The notes beneath the pieces are model-generated. The model saw only the letters and a program-made list of their open reading frames with translations. It made no database searches and had not been told where the DNA came from. From the IMG/VR virus record IMGVR_UViG_2867988698_000004, positions 32,001 through 96,000 of that record: a stretch of DNA of 64,000 nt. The stretch is one strand, 5' to 3'. Shown one piece after another: positions 9,801 through 19,428 of this stretch. This DNA comes from a virus (taxonomy: Duplodnaviria > Caudoviricetes). The position numbers were made by a program, and so were the translations under genes. The stretch's first letter is position 1; the number at the start of each line of letters is the position of its first letter.

Positions 9801-11795
9801 CACCGACTGCAGGGCCGACACCAGCACGTTCGCCAGCGCCGGCAGCAGCGGGGAGACGGCCGACAGCAGCTCCCCGAACGCGCGGCCGAGCGCGCCCAGC
9901 GCCCCCGACGAGGCCAGCCGCTCCACGGCGAGGCGGACGCCCACGAGGACGTCGACCAGCCCGATCCCCAGCCCCTGGAGGGCGGGCACGATGCCCTCGA
10001 TCGCCGCGGTCAGGGTCGGGCCAATCTGCCGGGCCAGCGCGGCGACGGTCGGCCCCAAGGTGGCGAGCCCGCCGATCAGGGCCTCGATGACCGGGCCGGT
10101 CTGGCTCGCAATGGCGTTGACCGCGCGGAACACCTCGACCAGCTGCGCCTGGCCCCGTGCCGAGTTGGCGAAGTTCGCCAGCCGGTCCGCTAGGGCGGAG
10201 ATCGACCCGAGGGCGCTGCCGCTGGCCGACTGAATGGCGCGGACAACGCCGATGACGATCCGGCCGAGGTCGGCGAACAGGGCGCCGAGCTGCCGGACGG
10301 CGGCGGCGCCCTCCCGCACCCAGCGCAGCGCATCCCCGCTGGCGGCGGCGCGGTCCAGGAACCCGGTCAGTCGGCCGAGGGCCCCGTTGATGGCCGACCC
10401 GATCCCGTTGAACGCCGGCAGCGTCGCCCGCGTGAAGCGGGACAGGGCGCCGAGCAGGTTCTCGATCGAGTCCGACCGGACCTGCGCCAGGTTCCGGCGC
10501 AGGGTGCCGAAAACCCTGTCGACCAGGCGGACGGCCTCCGAGGACCGCCCGAACTGCAGCGCGGCATCGGCCAGCCGCCCGAACTCGGCGGCGGTCCCCG
10601 CCATGCCCTGGCGCAGGGGGCCGCCGAGGTTCCGCGCGACCGCAGTGATGTCGCCTTCGAGCTGCTGGAAGAAGGCGTCCTGGACGGTGTTGCGCAGCCG
10701 CTCAAACTCCGGCTGCAGCGCCCGCACCTCGCGGGCCACCCGCTGCGCGGCCGGGGAGAGGTTTTCGAGGGTCTTTTCGAACTCCTCCGCCGACCCGGTC
10801 AGGGCGGTGGAGAACGCCTCCCCCACCCCCAGCAGGGCTAGGCGGAGGGTGCCGAACGCGGCCCCGGCCAGCAGCACCGCCGCCGGCAGACCCGCCAGGA
10901 TCTCCACGGTGGGCGCCAGCACCCCGATCAGCCCGGCCGCGACCGCCGTCAGCCCGGCCAGCGCCGCCCCGAGGCCACCGACCGCGGCCGCGGCTCCGGC
11001 CAGTCCTAGGAAGATCCGGGCGAGCCCGGCGAGGTTGCGGCCCAGCCGGTCCGTGTCGACGTTCCGAAACGCCCGGCGGATCCGCTCCCCCGCCTCGGTC
11101 GCGCGTCGGACGATCTCCCGGAACCGGGTGTTGTCGATGCGGTCCAGCGCGCGGCGGGCGTCCTCGCTCGCACCGCGGAACGCGAACCAGATGGCCCGGC
11201 CCGCCTGGCGGGCCTCATGCTGGATCTGCTGCAGGCGGGTGCGGGACAGGCGTTCGGCCTCCCGCTGCGCCCGCTGCATCTCCTCGGCCAGGCGGCGGAC
11301 CTCGTCGCCGTCCGAGAAGCGGGCGATCTCGGAGGCGGCGCGGCGGGCCTGCTGCTCCAGCCGCTCCATGTCCCAGGCGGCCTCGCGGGCCTCCCGGGCG
11401 ATCCGCGCCAGCTCCTCCGGATCGAACGAGGAGAAGGCCCCATCGGCGTCGCGGGCGGCCCGCGCCAGGTCCGCCATCTCCGCGCGGGACCGGGCGGCCT
11501 CCTCGGCGACCCGCCGCAGCTCCTCCGGATCCAGGGAGTCGAACGCGGCGTCTGCGGCGCGGGCGACCTCCGCCAGCCGCTCGACCTGCTGGGAGGCGTC
11601 ATCGGCGCCGTCACCGATCGCATCAGCGAGCCGCCGTCCGGTGTCCTCGGCCTGCCGGGCGATCCGATCGAGATCATCACCGATCTCATCGACCGCGTCG
11701 TCGATCGCCTCCTGCAGGCGGCGGCGCAGGTCATCGTCGAACTCGCCGGTCTCGGCGATGATCTCGACGGCCGCCTCGCCGAGGGTGTTGGCCAC
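6885..11795 (-). CDS. Tape measure protein
   Basis: 1636 aa, Ala/Leu-rich helical; two I(G/K)SPS(K/R)V motifs; position after the chaperones. Confidence 0.95.
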   Translation of the reverse strand: MANTLGEAAVEIIAETGEFDDDLRRRLQEAIDDAVDEIGDDLDRIARQAEDTGRRLADAIGDGADDASQQVERLAEVARAADAAFDSLDPEELRRVAEEAARSRAEMADLARAARDADGAFSSFDPEELARIAREAREAAWDMERLEQQARRAASEIARFSDGDEVRRLAEEMQRAQREAERLSRTRLQQIQHEARQAGRAIWFAFRGASEDARRALDRIDNTRFREIVRRATEAGERIRRAFRNVDTDRLGRNLAGLARIFLGLAGAAAAVGGLGAALAGLTAVAAGLIGVLAPTVEILAGLPAAVLLAGAAFGTLRLALLGVGEAFSTALTGSAEEFEKTLENLSPAAQRVAREVRALQPEFERLRNTVQDAFFQQLEGDITAVARNLGGPLRQGMAGTAAEFGRLADAALQFGRSSEAVRLVDRVFGTLRRNLAQVRSDSIENLLGALSRFTRATLPAFNGIGSAINGALGRLTGFLDRAAASGDALRWVREGAAAVRQLGALFADLGRIVIGVVRAIQSASGSALGSISALADRLANFANSARGQAQLVEVFRAVNAIASQTGPVIEALIGGLATLGPTVAALARQIGPTLTAAIEGIVPALQGLGIGLVDVLVGVRLAVERLASSGALGALGRAFGELLSAVSPLLPALANVLVSALQSVAVAAQLLAPVLSVVAQGLAALADSPLGTALGPLVAALVAARIATGAWGAALTALMPALRFASRDAASLGRTLVTSLARHPIAAIVLAVAAAFGVLASQSETVRNFLGRLRDTIADLFGRLRAFGTSLVQTFRTEGAVAALRQLGSGIANFAAEAIPVAARALAGLAAAVLSGLARIAVGIPAAIADLAPRIISGLTSAFTRAVAALPGLISSFISALRSGLARLADVGQQIGQGLREAFTQVVASLRTEGPRIAAGIRDLLRAAFQFATRDLPAIGQEIGRAMNLALRALLPMVAQGIRSAGDAVVTHLPGLAQRIADGLSSLIRRAGEVLPQVINEMAAQLGQGVDRAAGQAATGARTGPGGQQLRQSLVDLLLDVAVAFAQQIPRLLPVIGQAIATIGAAVIQAGAAAAPGILAAVGRLLLALAQALITQMFQWGVQAILALSRGILSMLGGLVSLVASIPVRFAAALAPLAARMWSIATGAMSRMGAAISAGVSRAVSFAAQLPGRAAAAIASLPGRLGSLATSAMARMGAAFSSGVSRAASVVRGLPGRITGTLAGLGSALYSLGVQAMQGFISGVQSMAGRMVAAATAPIRNAINAARSLLRIGSPSKVFRDIGKFVGQGFVQGLTGEQSKIESTINALVKKIQTAFAGRRTRLDDQLIARLRGANRRLQTLAAERSRITDLIKAANERAAEVTRQASDFASLSGVLSSLGSSVPRTAEALATALRNRLALLKEFQSDVAALARRGLSRDLLDQIIAAGPEQGAALADALLSGPDSVIRDLNRTSKEIATTAQSLGRQSADLLFDSGRRAGAGFLEGLKAQQKDIEKLMRQIAEQVAATVKRTLKIKSPSRVMAGLGEDTLAGYLRGLDRLAPQITRSLEQALALPQLQVPAPDIDRLPVRSRQALEALQPAAASRATGGGQGGDRRSRPVRQVEVHAPVTVHMPTADPDAVGGAVSRRIAAAVAR

Positions 11796-11818
11796 CGGGC
11801 GCTCCCGACAGGGAGTGG

Positions 11819-11858
11819 CCCGGCCCCTGGCACAGACGGCGTCTAAATGATCAGGCTA
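11819..11858 (-). promoter_or_regulatory. Leader motif copy 3 (variant GCCGTCTGTGCCAGGGGCCGGG)
   Basis: -10 TAGCCT; 23 nt before the tape measure GTG. Confidence 0.72.
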
Positions 11859-12148
11859 GCCTCCCGACCAGCGGCAGCGCCGCCACTCGCCTTTGCCGTC
11901 TGCGGACCGGTGAGGGTGCGTAGCCGGGCAGCCGCCCGGCAATCCCGACACCAGCGTGGGCAGCCACGCCGCTGGAAGGCCGGCCCGGCTTCAAACAGGC
12001 CGTGTCCGTGCCACTCCGAGGCTGCCCGCGCACGGGTTGTCCGCGCCTTCGCCCACCCATCACCCATGGGAACGGGGGCAGGGCGTGGACAGCCCCGCCC
12101 CTGCGCAGATCAGGCCGGCCGGGCCCGTGGCAGGATCTCCTCGTGTCG

Positions 12149-12370
12149 ATGATCGTCCAGTGCAACGGGTGCGGGAACACGTTCAAGCCCGGCAGCAGCG
12201 ACCACGCCATCAGCGGGGAGCGCACCAACGGCTTGGGCGGCGGGGGCCTGCCCAACGGCCGGTTCGACTGGTGCATGCCCTGCGCCCAGGTCGCGTTTGA
12301 GGCCGTCGCCCAGTGCACGACCGACCGGCGGCTGCGGGAGGCCGGCTACGTGGGGCGGTTCGGCGGCTGA
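12149..12370 (+). CDS. Small zinc-ribbon protein
   Basis: CNGC...CMPC pairs; inserted antisense between chaperone and tape measure. Confidence 0.55.
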   Translation: MIVQCNGCGNTFKPGSSDHAISGERTNGLGGGGLPNGRFDWCMPCAQVAFEAVAQCTTDRRLREAGYVGRFGG

Positions 12371-12984
12371 CCTGGCGGCAGCCGCAGCGCTCCAGAGGAC
12401 TGCGCCGCGCCCATCGCGGCCATGAACGCCGCACCCTCCTCCTCGGCCAGCCACTGCTGGGTGCGGGGGCTAGCCGCCCGCAACTCCTGAACGGGCGGGC
12501 GGGTCAGCTTGGCGTCGAGCTTGTCCCGCTCTTTGCGGTCCGCGCCCTGAATGAGCCACGCGTACACCAGGTTGCAGGCGCGGGCGGGGGCGCGGTCCAC
12601 CATCTGCGCCAGGTCCACGCCCCGGCCGATCAGCTCCCCATCCAGCTCCGCCCACCGGGCCAGGGCGGTGGCCAGCAGACGGCCGGTCACCCACCAGGGG
12701 CGGCCGGTCGCCTGCAGCACCAGCGTCTCCGCAACCTGGTCCAGGTCCTCGGGTTCGAGGGGGTCGTCGGGGTCGTCCAGCCGCTCCACCAGGACCTCCC
12801 CGTCCTCAGGGTCGGTGAGCTCCAGCAAAAGCAGCAGCCGCCACCCGGTGACCTGCTCGATCAGGCGGCTGGTCAGCGGCCACCAGGAGCCGGTCAGCGC
12901 ATAGACCTCGTTGTCGAGGACGTAGGAGCGGGGCGGGCCGCTCCGGGCGATCTCGGCGAGCAGACCGGCCGGGCCGCCGGTCAC
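12346..12984 (-). CDS. Tail assembly chaperone-like protein 2
   Basis: Synteny upstream of tape measure; TGRPWW motif; overlaps the previous gene by GTGA. Confidence 0.7.
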   Translation of the reverse strand: MTGGPAGLLAEIARSGPPRSYVLDNEVYALTGSWWPLTSRLIEQVTGWRLLLLLELTDPEDGEVLVERLDDPDDPLEPEDLDQVAETLVLQATGRPWWVTGRLLATALARWAELDGELIGRGVDLAQMVDRAPARACNLVYAWLIQGADRKERDKLDAKLTRPPVQELRAASPRTQQWLAEEEGAAFMAAMGAAQSSGALRLPPGQPPNRPT

Positions 12985-13451
12985 CGCCGCCGGCGGGAAC
13001 CGGCGCGCTGCCGGGCCTTACCAGGCCGGGACGCCGCCGACCAGCGCTTCACCAGCGCCACCAGGACGCGGGTCAGATCCTCCAGCTCGAACGGGTCGTC
13101 CGGGTCCTCCAGCCGGTCCAGCAGCCGGTCCCGGCTTTCAGGGCTCAGGGTGCTGTCCAGGAACCGGGTGATGGCCGCCATCCGGTTCGGGGCGGACATG
13201 GTCCGCGCCCCGGCGGACATCACCAGCGCGAAGGAGGAGTCGGCGGGGCGGTGCGCAACGTACCGTTCCCCGTCGATCTCAAAGGGCAGCTCCCGGTCCC
13301 CCTCATCGGCGGCAGGCCGGTCCTTGGCGCTGGTGGTGAACACCAGCTCCTCGGGCACCGGCGGCAGCTCCAGATCGTCGTCCTGGAGATCATCGGCGGG
13401 AGCGGTGAGGGCGTCGTCCTCAAGGGCGTCGGGGGCGGCTGTGCCGGGCAT
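12981..13451 (-). CDS. Tail assembly chaperone 1
   Basis: FEIDGERY..RP and LLDRLEDPDDPF motifs; synteny. Confidence 0.72.
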   Translation of the reverse strand: MPGTAAPDALEDDALTAPADDLQDDDLELPPVPEELVFTTSAKDRPAADEGDRELPFEIDGERYVAHRPADSSFALVMSAGARTMSAPNRMAAITRFLDSTLSPESRDRLLDRLEDPDDPFELEDLTRVLVALVKRWSAASRPGKARQRAGSRRRR

Positions 13452-13472
13452 GGGGAGCCTCCGTACACAAGG

Positions 13473-13508
13473 CCCGGCCCCTGGCCAGCGGCGTCACCGA
13501 TCAGGCTA
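13473..13508 (-). promoter_or_regulatory. Leader motif copy 4
   Basis: -10 TAGCCT; 21 nt before the ATG at 13451. Confidence 0.8.
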
Positions 13509-13941
13509 GCCGCCCCGCCGGGGATCATCCCGCCCCAGGGGCCGGAGAAGATCAGCGTGGCCGTCCGCCGAGTAACGTTCGACGGAACAACAAATCCGCT
13601 ATTCCCACTCGTGGACCCGATTGCCGTATTTGCGGGTTTTGTCGCAGCAGGCGGCACCATGACATCCCTACCGGGTAAACGTGAGTTCCGAACGTCAAGA
13701 CCATTACAGCCAGGTTGCAGATTCTTAACTGCGCGCTTGTGACCTGCGGAAACTCCCCTGCACATGCAGGCGTACGATCGCCGTCTGCGATTCGCCCATC
13801 ATGTGGGCGTCTGGTGCCTTAGTCTCCGCATCGTCTGCGTCTTGTGACATGCCCGCCTGGTACCCCGCGCCAGGTGGTCATCGCCTGGCGCGGGCCGACC
13901 CGGACGCCCGTCAAGCGCCGGGGGAAGGGGGAACCGTCCGT

Positions 13942-14076
13942 ATGGGCGAGCCTCCCGACAAGAGGGAACCCGCTGACCCGGACGAGTGGCGATTCAGGCT
14001 GATCCTGGCCCTGCTGGAGCTTGTGCAGCTCCTGCTGTGGATCCTGGGTCTCTGGCTCGCCTCCGGGTGGCGGTAG
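13942..14076 (+). CDS. 44-aa single-helix membrane peptide
   Basis: MGEPPDKREPADPDEWRFRLILALLELVQLLLWILGLWLASGWR; purine-rich RBS. Confidence 0.5.
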   Translation: MGEPPDKREPADPDEWRFRLILALLELVQLLLWILGLWLASGWR

Positions 14077-14297
14077 CGGCCTCGTAAGGGGCCGCGGGGC
14101 CTGGTACCGCAGCAGGATGGCCACCCAGCGGGTACCAGGCCCCACTCTTTTCACCGACGGCCGACAGGGTGTGATTCTCAGCCGTCAGCGTGTTGCATGG
14201 TAGGCCGGTCACCCGGAACAGTGCGGGACAACGCCAAAGAACCGCAAAGGTTGTTTGTGTCATGTGACCTTGACGCTACCGCCTACCAGAGCGGTGC

Positions 14298-15089
14298 CTA
14301 CCGCATCAGCGCAGACGGCGCATCCGACACCACCAGCGCCGCCTCGGGCCGCAGACCCGCCTCACGGTCGGCGACGACCTCCTCCTGTGGGGGCTCCGTC
14401 CAGAAGGTTTGCAGCCCCGTGGGGACCCCGACCATCCGCCAGGTGGCCAGGGTGGTGCGCAGCAGACCCCGCAGCGCCGGGTCGATCCCGGCGTCCAGGG
14501 GAACATGGTGGGGCCAGCGGGCCGTGCGCAGGGAAACCTGGTCCCGGTAGAACAGCGGGCCGAAGACCTCCTGCAAGCCCCGGCTGCCGACCATGGCGGA
14601 CCAGGCCCCCGGCGCGTCCGCGTCCGCCTGCCGCCGGTAGAAGCGGCCCACCGCACGGATGTCCGCCCACCACACCACCCACAGGCCGGCCCCCTGGCAC
14701 GGCCCCCAGTGGCAGGCGACCAGCGGCACCTCCGGGTCGCTCTCCCCCACCCCGGAGGGGCCCTCCCAGACCAGGAAGCCGGTACGGGTGGGCGGCTCGA
14801 TACCGCCGGCGGTGTGCAGGTCGGCGCTGGCGGCGACGGCCCGCGCGGTGGCCTCGGGCCGTAGGACGTACAGGGCGGCGTCGGCGATCCGCCGCGCTTC
14901 CTGCCGCGCGTGCTGCTGGTAGCGGCGGGCGGGCGGCAGGTCCTCCAGATCGGGTGGGACGTCGATGAGCCACGCCTGGTCGCTGTAGCCGCTCAGCCAC
15001 GCGCGGGCGGCGTGGCTCCTCAAAAAGCCGTAGGCGCCGCGCCGGAGTGTCCAGACGTTTCGCGTGGCGTCCTGGGATGTGGTGGTCAC
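14298..15089 (-). CDS. Hypothetical protein
   Basis: GTGA-coupled to the upstream gene; globular composition. Confidence 0.65.
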   Translation of the reverse strand: MTTTSQDATRNVWTLRRGAYGFLRSHAARAWLSGYSDQAWLIDVPPDLEDLPPARRYQQHARQEARRIADAALYVLRPEATARAVAASADLHTAGGIEPPTRTGFLVWEGPSGVGESDPEVPLVACHWGPCQGAGLWVVWWADIRAVGRFYRRQADADAPGAWSAMVGSRGLQEVFGPLFYRDQVSLRTARWPHHVPLDAGIDPALRGLLRTTLATWRMVGVPTGLQTFWTEPPQEEVVADREAGLRPEAALVVSDAPSALMR

Positions 15090-16000
15090 AGGCCGCCGCC
15101 TCTCACGGCCTGCACGATCAGGAACCATGCGGCGTGCCCGGCCATGAGCGGGACCACCCTGCGGGTGCGCCAGTACAGCCAGACGTTGACGCAGGCCAGC
15201 GCCGCCATGGACAGCGCTGGCAGCCCCATGTAGCCGTGCGGTAGGACACGAATGACGGCGGCCAGCAGGTAGACCTGCCACAGCGGACGGTCGGCCGCGC
15301 CCAGCAGCAATACCACGGCGGCCAGGAGCATCTCCTCCCGGACCGCCGAGCCGATCGCCGTGACGACCAGCTCCGCCCCTTGGGAGAGGCCCAGGGCGGC
15401 GGCCTGGTCGCGGGCGGCGGTCAGGCCCGGTCCCGGCAGCAGCGACAGCCCGATGGCCAGCCACGCGGTGACCCCGGCCGCCAGGGCCGTGGTCATCCCT
15501 ACGGCCAGGGCCTGCAGGTGCCCGCCCGGCCCCGCCGCCCACCGCGGCCTGATCCCGACCATCTGGCGGGGCATGTGGTGGTGCTCGGCCACGTCCAGGC
15601 ATAGCCACACCGTGGCGACCGCCAGGGTGGCCGTGCCCACCACGCGGGCGGCCTCACCCGTGTGGGGCAGCAGCCCGGCCCCGAGCACGGCCAGCGCGAC
15701 CGCCGCCCAGATGCGGCGGCGTCCGTACAGCCACGCCAGATACGCCAGCCACAGGCCTGCGGCGATGAGGGACAGCGCGGCCGGGTTGACCGGCAGGGTG
15801 GGCATCTGCGCCCACCCGGCCAGGGCCGCGAACCGCAGGACGCCCTCCACCAGGTCCCAGCCGAGGAGGATGGTCAGCAGACCGGCCAACGGCGGCCACG
15901 CCAGCCGCAGGGACATCGGGGGCAGCCGCCGGTCCGGGGACGGCTGCAGCCACAGCAGCGGCTCCGGCGAGGCCGCCAGCCGAGGAGGAGATGCGGTCAA
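15086..16000 (-). CDS. CPBP/CAAX-family intramembrane metalloprotease-like protein
   Basis: Multiple TM segments; REEMLL, PHGY and GHAAWF motifs; TTGA coupling. Confidence 0.7.
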   Translation of the reverse strand: MTASPPRLAASPEPLLWLQPSPDRRLPPMSLRLAWPPLAGLLTILLGWDLVEGVLRFAALAGWAQMPTLPVNPAALSLIAAGLWLAYLAWLYGRRRIWAAVALAVLGAGLLPHTGEAARVVGTATLAVATVWLCLDVAEHHHMPRQMVGIRPRWAAGPGGHLQALAVGMTTALAAGVTAWLAIGLSLLPGPGLTAARDQAAALGLSQGAELVVTAIGSAVREEMLLAAVVLLLGAADRPLWQVYLLAAVIRVLPHGYMGLPALSMAALACVNVWLYWRTRRVVPLMAGHAAWFLIVQAVRGGGL

Positions 16001-16848
16001 CGGTCCTCTCCCGCCTTCACGGCCACCAGCCCGTACTGCAGGGTCGTGTTCCGCTGGGGCGTCTGCGCGTTCGGCCGCCACGCCCAGGTCGCGGTGACGC
16101 CCGGCTCCACCACGTGCACCCCGTCCGGGATCAGCCCTGCGACCTGCTCGTAGGTGCGGGGTTTGACCACCGGTCCGCCCCGGGCGACGAACTCCCGCGC
16201 CGCCTCCACCAGGCTGGGCTCGGGGGCGTCATGGGAGATCACCAGGGCGCTCCCCGGCGCAACGGCATCCATGTACTGCCACACGGTCCACGCCGCGTCC
16301 CCGTCGTCGGGGATGTGCGGCAGGACCGACGCCAGGATGACGGCGACCGGCTCCTCCAGGTCCAGGGTGCGCTCGGCCTGGTCTAGGACCCGCCGCGGGT
16401 CGGTCAGGTCCGCGTCGATGTACTGGCACACCCCGGGCGGGCTGCTGGTCAGCAACGCCCGCGCGTGGACCAGCACGACGGGGTCGTTGTCGACGTACAC
16501 CACCCGCGCGGTGGGGTTGACCTGCTGGGCGATCTGGTGGGTGTTGTCGTCGGTGGGCAGCCCGGTGCCCAGGTCCAGGAACTGGCGGATGCCGTGCTCG
16601 GCCGCCAGGCAGCGGACCGCGCGGCCGAGGAAGGCGCGGCCGTCCTGGGCCATGATCTGGATGTCGGGGAAGATCCGCTTGATCTTGTCGCCGGCCGCGC
16701 GGTCGACGGCGTAGTTGTCTTTGCCGCCCAGCCAGTAGTTCCAGATCCGCGCCGAATGCGGCACCGACGTGTCGATCCGCGGGGTGGGCGGCTGCTCCTC
16801 ACCGCCGGAGCCGCGGGGGATGTCATGGGGGATGTCGTGGGGGGTCAC
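15997..16848 (-). CDS. SAM-dependent methyltransferase (actinobacterial Methyltransf_19 type)
   Basis: PHSARIWNYWLGGKDNY, QFLDLGTGLPT, VVYVDNDP. Confidence 0.92.
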   Translation of the reverse strand: MTPHDIPHDIPRGSGGEEQPPTPRIDTSVPHSARIWNYWLGGKDNYAVDRAAGDKIKRIFPDIQIMAQDGRAFLGRAVRCLAAEHGIRQFLDLGTGLPTDDNTHQIAQQVNPTARVVYVDNDPVVLVHARALLTSSPPGVCQYIDADLTDPRRVLDQAERTLDLEEPVAVILASVLPHIPDDGDAAWTVWQYMDAVAPGSALVISHDAPEPSLVEAAREFVARGGPVVKPRTYEQVAGLIPDGVHVVEPGVTATWAWRPNAQTPQRNTTLQYGLVAVKAGEDR

Positions 16849-16859
16849 CGCGGGGTCCT

Positions 16860-17732
16860 TTACACGAAGTCGTAGGTCTGGGACAGGTCGATGTGCTCGG
16901 GGTGCAGCTCGCAGTACAGGGCCCAGTGGTCGCTGGCACCCTGCGGGTCCAAGGGGCGGAAATTGCGGACCCCCGGCACGACGGGCCGGGTGGCCAGCAT
17001 CCAGTCCACGCGGATCCCGCCGTGCCCGGTGGGGGCGCACAGCGACTTGTCTCCGGTCATGAGAGCGAAGTGCTCGGCCAGGTCGGTCAGCCGCCCCTGG
17101 TGGATGACCCGCCCGACGATCCGGTCTCCCACCGGCGGCTGGTGGCCGGGGTGGGTGCGGCCGGCCAGGTTGTGGTCCTGGGCCTGGGACCAGTCCGGGT
17201 CCGGGTCCAGCCTCCAGTCGCGGGGCATGTGGTTGCCGTCCAACCCCACCAGCCCGATCCGCCGGTTACGGGTCACCCGCCCCAGGATGTGCTGCATCTC
17301 TATCGCTGCTGCGGCGGCGCTGTAGGGGGTCAGGTGAGCGGAGCAGAACGAGATCGGGAAGTCCACCCCCGGCACCCGCACCGTGGCGACCCCGAACCCG
17401 TACAGGGTGGCGTGGGACAGGGTGGTGTCCCAGAACCGCAGCTCCCACTCCTGGGGAACGGCCACCACGTTCCCGCCGGTCGGGGAGTCCGGGCGCAGCA
17501 GCCTCTTGCCCGGCAGGTGCTCTGCGATCATCTCCAGCAGGTCCGGCCGGTTGGGATCGTGGACCTCCTGCAGCAGCAGCACATCGGGGATGCCGGGCCG
17601 GTCCGGGTCGCTCGGGGTGAGGGCCGCGCGGCTGATGACGTCCATCAGCAGCGGCCACCGGTCCTGGCGCTCTCCGTTGGGGCCGCGGGTGCCCGCCCGG
17701 CAGATGTTCCAGCTCAGCACAGTGATCGGCAC
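16860..17732 (-). CDS. Endonuclease/exonuclease/phosphatase (EEP) family protein
   Basis: SWNI, LLQE, SAHL, DGN, RVDW, ASDH motifs. Confidence 0.88.
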   Translation of the reverse strand: MPITVLSWNICRAGTRGPNGERQDRWPLLMDVISRAALTPSDPDRPGIPDVLLLQEVHDPNRPDLLEMIAEHLPGKRLLRPDSPTGGNVVAVPQEWELRFWDTTLSHATLYGFGVATVRVPGVDFPISFCSAHLTPYSAAAAAIEMQHILGRVTRNRRIGLVGLDGNHMPRDWRLDPDPDWSQAQDHNLAGRTHPGHQPPVGDRIVGRVIHQGRLTDLAEHFALMTGDKSLCAPTGHGGIRVDWMLATRPVVPGVRNFRPLDPQGASDHWALYCELHPEHIDLSQTYDFV

Positions 17733-17764
17733 AGATCACGCTCCGTTCTCGGGGTTGGGGTGTT

Positions 17765-18559
17765 TCATTTGCGGGCGACGGCGGCCCACTCGTCCACGTC
17801 ACCCGCCTGCAGCACGTGCCCGTCCTGCCGCCACCGGCAGGTGGGCACCAGCCCGGGTTCCACGACGGCCAGGCCGTCCAGGAACCGGCCGATGGTGCGG
17901 GGCAGCCGCAGCTTGATCAGGGGGCGGGCCCGCCGGTTCCACAGCCGCGCCACCTGCTGCATCAGCTCGGGCTTGCTGACGGCGGTGATGTGGCTCAACG
18001 CCAGGTGGCTGCCGGGCGGCATCCCGGCCATGACCTCCGCCACGACGCTGCGGGCCAGGGCGTCATCGCCGAGGTGCGGCAACACCCCGCACATCAGCAC
18101 CCCCACCGGCCGGTCCGCCTCCAGCAGCGGGACCGTCTCCTCCACCAGCACCCGGGGGGCGGCCAGATCGGCGGCCACCACATGGCAGCCGGCATCGGTC
18201 AGCAGCGCCCGGCCGTGCATGACCACCAGCGGGTCGTTGTCGACGTAGACCACCCGCGCGCCGGGCGCGTAATGCTGGGCGACCTCGTGCGTGTTGGTGA
18301 TGCACGGCAGCCCGGCCCCCACGTCCACGAACTGCCGTATCCCGGCCTCCTCCACCAGGTAGCGGACGGCGCGGATCATGAACTGCCGCCGCCAACGGCC
18401 CAGGTCGACCACACCGGGGAACACCTCGGCGATGCGCTTACCCAGAGCCCGGTCGGCCTCGTAGTGGTCTTTGCCACCCAGCCAGTAGTCCCACAACCGA
18501 GCCGGATGCGGCGTGACGGGATCGAACCCGTCCAGGTCCTCGTCTTCCTCGTAGCTCAT
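17765..18559 (-). CDS. SAM-dependent methyltransferase (Methyltransf_19 type), second copy
   Basis: PHPARLWDYWLGGKDHY, QFVDVGAGLP, VYVDNDP. Confidence 0.92.
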   Translation of the reverse strand: MSYEEDEDLDGFDPVTPHPARLWDYWLGGKDHYEADRALGKRIAEVFPGVVDLGRWRRQFMIRAVRYLVEEAGIRQFVDVGAGLPCITNTHEVAQHYAPGARVVYVDNDPLVVMHGRALLTDAGCHVVAADLAAPRVLVEETVPLLEADRPVGVLMCGVLPHLGDDALARSVVAEVMAGMPPGSHLALSHITAVSKPELMQQVARLWNRRARPLIKLRLPRTIGRFLDGLAVVEPGLVPTCRWRQDGHVLQAGDVDEWAAVARK

Positions 18560-18568
18560 GGTGCCCTT

Positions 18569-19153
18569 TCACCTGTCGGGGGATCGTCGTGTCTGCTCCA
18601 TGAGCCGCCGACGGACGGCCGCCCGCTGCGTCGGGGTGGCGTCCTCAGCCAGGGCGGCGACCACCGTGCTCCACAACCCGGGAGGCAACCCGGCGTCCTC
18701 CTCGGGGGTGGGGGGAGGGTCCGGCAGCTCCACCACGCCCTGGTCCTCTCCCAGGCCCGGGGGCAGCTCGACCGGCTCGGGGAGGGAAAGGTTCTCCAAC
18801 GCCGCCAGGACGTCCTGATCCCCCCAGCGGGTGTCGGGCACCTCGATCACCAGGCCGGGATCCGGGAGGCGGCCCAGCAGCCCCGGCAGGTCCTCGTCCT
18901 GGCCCTCGGTGGGCCACAGCCGGAACGCCCCGTACAGGGCCCGGCAGATGTCGCCGGCGACGGTGCCGCTGCCGCGCAGGTAGCCCAGCTGCAACGCGGT
19001 GATCCGCGTGATCTGCGGGCTGGCGAGATGCCGTTCGATGTCCTGACGCACCCGGGCCAGCACGTCCAGGGTGGCGTCGAACCCGGCCAGCAGCGCCGGG
19101 TGATCGTGGCGGGCCCGGTCACGGATGGCCTCGATGGTCTCACCGGATCTCAC
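18569..19153 (-). CDS. Hypothetical protein
   Basis: AAGGAG RBS, GTGA coupling. Confidence 0.6.
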   Translation of the reverse strand: MRSGETIEAIRDRARHDHPALLAGFDATLDVLARVRQDIERHLASPQITRITALQLGYLRGSGTVAGDICRALYGAFRLWPTEGQDEDLPGLLGRLPDPGLVIEVPDTRWGDQDVLAALENLSLPEPVELPPGLGEDQGVVELPDPPPTPEEDAGLPPGLWSTVVAALAEDATPTQRAAVRRRLMEQTRRSPDR

Positions 19154-19428
19154 CAGGGCTCCTTCTCGTCTATAGCCGGTTTCCAGGTGCCGTCCGTGCG
19201 CCGGCCCGTGTGCTCGGCCAGCTCGCGATGCGCCGCCGCCACCAGCTCGGCCGCCCACCGCCGCCAGGTCGCACCGACCGCATGGGAGGCGGTCCACGGC
19301 CCGAACACGGCGATCAGCGCCCGCAGCCACGCCACCCGCACCAGCACCATGTCGGCGGGGTTGGGAGGCGCGGCGGCCCCGGCGATGTCCAGGGGGTTGT
19401 GCTCAGGGCCGCCGCGCCGGCTCAGCAC
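19150..19428 (-). CDS. Hypothetical protein
   Basis: Coupled in the operon; FGPWTASH...WRRW; start uncertain. Confidence 0.5.
   Translation of the reverse strand: MLSRRGGPEHNPLDIAGAAAPPNPADMVLVRVAWLRALIAVFGPWTASHAVGATWRRWAAELVAAAHRELAEHTGRRTDGTWKPAIDEKEPW

Noticed and set aside
7207-11850. Long plus-strand ORFs opposite the tape measure (and similar ORFs opposite capsid, MuF, ALDH and IbrA genes)
   Set aside because: Antisense shadows typical of high-GC DNA; low-complexity Arg/Ala/Ser/Pro translations with no motifs
12346-13451. Programmed -1 frameshift between the tail chaperones
   Set aside because: No clear XXXYYYZ slippery site near the first stop; the genes are simply GTGA-coupled
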